Shown here: piece after piece, positions 60,419 through 64,000 of the stretch
Position numbering within the stretch: the first letter of the stretch is position 1
How the letters are laid out: each line of letters starts with the position of its first letter
Assembly (NCBI GenBank): GCA_043228905.1
Contig: JBHGNT010000018.1
Location: 6,634,001-6,698,000, forward strand
Direction: 5' to 3'
Origin: Azolla caroliniana
Taxonomy: Eukaryota > Plantae > Polypodiophyta
Length of the DNA stretch: 64,000 nucleotides
Translations under genes and position numbers: made by a program
The notes under the pieces: generated by a model
Databases searched by the model: none
Told to the model about the DNA's origin: nothing
Seen by the model: only the letters and a program-made list of their open reading frames with translations

Positions 60419-62440
60419 ATGGAGAATCAACAAGAGGCAATGAGTATAACGATGATGATGATGTTCGAGCGGATGCTACAAGAACAACGAGTGATGTCGG
60501 AGATCACGGCGGTAGTAAAGCGGCTCGTACAACGAAACGGACAATTCAACGGAAACGATCTGTCACGCTATCTACATGACTACAAGGCAGAGATGATACG
60601 ATGTGGGATACCGGAAGGATTGCAAGTGACATCCTTCAATCGGGTGGCCACGGATGAGCTACAAGAGAGAATCCACAAGATACGGCAACAAAACTCGACA
60701 TGGGGATCATTCGAAGAAGCTTTACGAGAGGCATATGATTACAAGAGATCGAAGGGAAAAGATCGGCGAGAATTCGACGAATGGGTGGCATCGGAGAAGA
60801 CCCACCGAAGTGCAACACAAGCATTCCTAGAGTTCGAGCATCGTTTTGCTCGACTCTCGGAGCGGGAACGAAGATTGGTGGGAGAAGATAAAGTCTTAAT
60901 GTTCGTAAGATCGATCGATCGGAAAGAAAGGATGGACATTGGGATCGAACTCGAAGATGATGACGGTGCGAACGGCCTTACCGAAGATTGGGCCGAAGTC
61001 CAAAGGGTATGCCGGAGACATGATAAGAGGAAGATGAGAATCTTGTCAACAACATGGCCGATGAAGGATGGTCGATTGAAGACAAACGATGGAGCCGATA
61101 TGAAGGCCGAAATACAACATGATGGTGCGACGGAAGAGGGTGTAAAACAAGCTACCCTCTTGTCTTGTGAAAGAACGATGGCGAAGGATAAGGCCGATAA
61201 TTCAAGTGTAGAAGGAAATTTCGGGATACAAGTGCCCGAGACATCGGGTCAAAAAGGGGTAAGCATAATAGATGTTTGCATAATTGATGCAGATAAAGAG
61301 TGTGAAGCGGATGTGATTAAGGAGGTAGCCACAAAAGACGAAATCGAATCGGAGGTGGCTATGGACGAATCAATGGCGGATTGCCATATCGAGACTTCCC
61401 CAGCACTGATTCCAGAGACTCCGGCGGTTGCGATCGAAAGGCAACGTGAGACCGAAGAGACGGAAGGTGGTGGAGAGAAAACGAATGTCGAAGCCGACGA
61501 ATACGATGAAGAGATAGCCGAGAAGAATGCTAAGGGTGAAACTACGAAAGAAGGTAAAACCGAGGATTCATGCCAACAATATCTAGAGACTTCGGCGGTT
61601 GTGTCCGAGAACCAACGTGAGACCGGAGAGACGGGAGATGGCGGCGAGGAAGGTAAAGTCGGAAGTCGGTTCGGATGGAAAATGATCCATCCGAAATTCC
61701 AATCTAAAAGAAAGTGTGACAATGCGGAGGTCGGGTCTACGACGGGAGAAGCGCGTAATACAGAGCACGCTCTACGGCGAATAAAGAAACGCGTGTTATG
61801 GCGAATAAAGAAGCACGCGCTACGGCGAGAAAAGAAGCATGCATTACAACCACACGAGGACCGAACAACGAGCACATATCGGAGGACCTACGTAGCGAAC
61901 AACGGAAAGAAGTGCCGAAAGTCGAACCGGACAAGGCAGGTGAAAACGAAGAAAAGAAAGCAAATCCGGACGAAAAGAAAAGAAAAGAAACCGACCCGAA
62001 AGAGCACTGAATCGGTAAAAACCGATCAACCGAGTCCGGATCGACCGAATACAAATCGGAAAGGAAGCCGAACTAAACGAAAGACGATCCGACGAGACCG
62101 AATCGGAAGTAAGCTAATCCGACTAAACCGAAAATCCGAAAAGAAGTCGAGATTGATGAAGAAAAGAAAGAGGGCGAGAAAAGATACTACCGCGGATGAC
62201 AAGGACCAAACGGGCCATGCAAAAAGCGAACGAAGACTATGGTGGATCGGATGTCGACAATGGTTCGGGTGGAAAGAATGGATGTGCTCCAAATGGAGAG
62301 ACAAAGTCAACATAACAAGAGAAGTCGAGGGTACTACGAGCCGGCAACGAAACCAATCGGGTAGAGACCGGACGGAGGAGACTAACAAACACCAACAACT
62401 TCGGCACATACCGGAGGATGTGCGGGTTTGGAGGGGGTGA
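60419..62440 (+). CDS. Gag-like protein, 673 aa from first ATG: capsid-like N-terminus, acidic middle, K/R-rich C-terminus
   Basis: GQFNGNDLSRYLHDYKAEM...VLMFVRSIDRKER...GLTEDWAEVQRVCRRHDKRK aligns with the Gypsy gag at 2900 (GRFGGKNVTSYLEAYQAEM...VLLFVKLVDAVDR...GLTTDWAIVRRVCGRFDKRR); no PR/RT/INT; stop codon lies in the PPT. Confidence 0.85.
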   Translation: MENQQEAMSITMMMMFERMLQEQRVMSEITAVVKRLVQRNGQFNGNDLSRYLHDYKAEMIRCGIPEGLQVTSFNRVATDELQERIHKIRQQNSTWGSFEEALREAYDYKRSKGKDRREFDEWVASEKTHRSATQAFLEFEHRFARLSERERRLVGEDKVLMFVRSIDRKERMDIGIELEDDDGANGLTEDWAEVQRVCRRHDKRKMRILSTTWPMKDGRLKTNDGADMKAEIQHDGATEEGVKQATLLSCERTMAKDKADNSSVEGNFGIQVPETSGQKGVSIIDVCIIDADKECEADVIKEVATKDEIESEVAMDESMADCHIETSPALIPETPAVAIERQRETEETEGGGEKTNVEADEYDEEIAEKNAKGETTKEGKTEDSCQQYLETSAVVSENQRETGETGDGGEEGKVGSRFGWKMIHPKFQSKRKCDNAEVGSTTGEARNTEHALRRIKKRVLWRIKKHALRREKKHALQPHEDRTTSTYRRTYVANNGKKCRKSNRTRQVKTKKRKQIRTKRKEKKPTRKSTESVKTDQPSPDRPNTNRKGSRTKRKTIRRDRIGSKLIRLNRKSEKKSRLMKKRKRARKDTTADDKDQTGHAKSERRLWWIGCRQWFGWKEWMCSKWRDKVNITREVEGTTSRQRNQSGRDRTEETNKHQQLRHIPEDVRVWRG

Positions 62441-63235
62441 GTGTCATAGTGTATTTTGTACACTACGTGAAAAACGTATATAGTATTAGATTCAATAAAA
62501 AATGAAGAAATAGAAGAAAATAGCAAAATAAATGGAACATGCATAGGGCAAGATTCGAACCTTGCACCTCCATGTTAATAATGTAATGTCTTACCATTAC
62601 ACTAGCATTTCATTAGTGTTAAAGTATAGATGTCCCACATAGAAAGGTAAATTCACGCTAGGATAAACATTAGAAAAACGCATAACAAAAGAAAAAGCTA
62701 CACATACACATCTAGCGTGCATGATAAAAAACGCACAAGTTAGAAAAAAGCATGATCACTTTAGATAAAGCATATAGTCTATCTATAGGAAAAGCATGGG
62801 GTCTATAGTTAGAGAAAAAGCATGGATTACTAAGACTTTCTCATCACTACATAAGGATGGGGAGCACAATGTAATAGGCGTGTGAAATATTTGGAAATTG
62901 GATATATTTCCGAAAACACCAACCGATTAATATAATCGTGGGATTCACGAAAATAATATAATCTATACTTGTGGGATTCACAAGTTTCTTATATCTTTCT
63001 TTCAATCTAAATACATATTCTTATCTAAATATTGATTAATCGAATACAATACACTCGTGGGATTCACGAAATTTCTATCTCTCTTTCTAATAATCTATTC
63101 ATTACTAGCCTCATCTCATATTCTTCTTTCTCCTAGTCCAAAACCCCAGTGGTTCCCACCCGACTCACGCAACGATCCGCAGCCGAAAGGCACGACACAG
63201 TTGGTGAACCCGACGTGAAGGCGGGTGGCAAGGAG

Positions 63236-64000
63236 ATGGAGAATCAACAAGAGGCAATGAGTATAACGATGATGATGATGTTCGAGCGGATGCTACAAGA
63301 ACAACGAGTGATGTCGGAGATCACGGCGGTAGTAAAGCGGCTCGTACAACGAAACGGACAATTCAACGGAAACGATCTGTCACGCTATCTACATGACTAC
63401 AAGGCAGAGATGATACGATGTGGGATACCGGAAGGATTGCAAGTGACATCCTTCAATCGGGTGGCCACGGATGAGCTACAAGAGAGAATCCACAAGATAC
63501 GGCAACAAAACTCGACATGGGGATCATTCGAAGAAGCTTTACGAGAGGCATATGATTACAAGAGATCGAAGGGAAAAGATCGGCGAGAATTCGACGAATG
63601 GGTGGCATCGGAGAAGACCCACCGAAGTGCAACACAAGCATTCCTAGAGTTCGAGCATCGTTTTGCTCGACTCTCGGAGCGGGAACGAAGATTGGTGGGA
63701 GAAGATAAAGTCTTAATGTTCGTAAGATCGATCGATCGGAAAGAAAGGATGGACATTGGGATCGAACTCGAAGATGATGACGGTGCGAACGGCCTTACCG
63801 AAGATTGGGCCGAAGTCCAAAGGGTATGCCGGAGACATGATAAGAGGAAGATGAGAATCTTGTCAACAACATGGCCGATGAAGGATGGTCGATTGAAGAC
63901 AAACGATGGAGCCGATATGAAGGCCGAAATACAACATGATGGTGCGACGGAAGAGGGTGTAAAACAAGCTACCCTCTTGTCTTGTGAAAGAACGATGGCG
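63236..64000 (+). CDS. Second copy of the gag-like ORF (partial, runs off window)
   Basis: Sequence repeats 60419-61183 at an offset of 2817. Confidence 0.85.
   Translation, partial: MENQQEAMSITMMMMFERMLQEQRVMSEITAVVKRLVQRNGQFNGNDLSRYLHDYKAEMIRCGIPEGLQVTSFNRVATDELQERIHKIRQQNSTWGSFEEALREAYDYKRSKGKDRREFDEWVASEKTHRSATQAFLEFEHRFARLSERERRLVGEDKVLMFVRSIDRKERMDIGIELEDDDGANGLTEDWAEVQRVCRRHDKRKMRILSTTWPMKDGRLKTNDGADMKAEIQHDGATEEGVKQATLLSCERTMA

Larger units (their letters stand above)
59625..64000 (+). mobile_element. Non-autonomous gag-only Gypsy-related LTR element in head-to-tail tandem (LTR-internal-LTR-internal..., 2817-bp unit)
   Basis: LTRs 59625-60380 and 62442-63197 (756 bp, TGTCAT...CACGACA, one difference seen); PBS-Trp after each LTR; PPT ggtttggagggggtgag; internal region restarts at 63198 and runs off the window. 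Confidence 0.93.

Overview
Eukaryotic land-plant DNA; a fern or other non-seed plant is an inference from the TE lineages and microsatellite content. 1-30 kb is a deeply nested retrotransposon cluster: at least seven Ty1/copia elements or fragments, including one intact Tnt1/Tork-like copy with apparently identical 702-bp LTRs; a full-length but mutated tRNA-Trp-primed Ty3/gypsy element with a 4-bp TSD; and a 5'-truncated RTEX-like LINE inserted in a microsatellite. Two host genes follow: a 5-exon Alba gene (+, 30444-32832) and a 13-exon EDR1-like Raf kinase gene (-, 43376-49935), with another near-intact Copia between them. The last 9 kb is the most unusual part. It holds a Sola-like DDD transposase gene, a divergent promoter, and a 51-bp-period array of 31-bp palindromes. 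Inserted at the centre of one palindrome is a tandemly repeated, gag-only LTR element. That element shares PBS, gag homology and a 3' cis motif with the autonomous Gypsy, and its LTR carries an antisense tRNA-like A-box/B-box cassette. All coordinates and identity estimates were read by eye.
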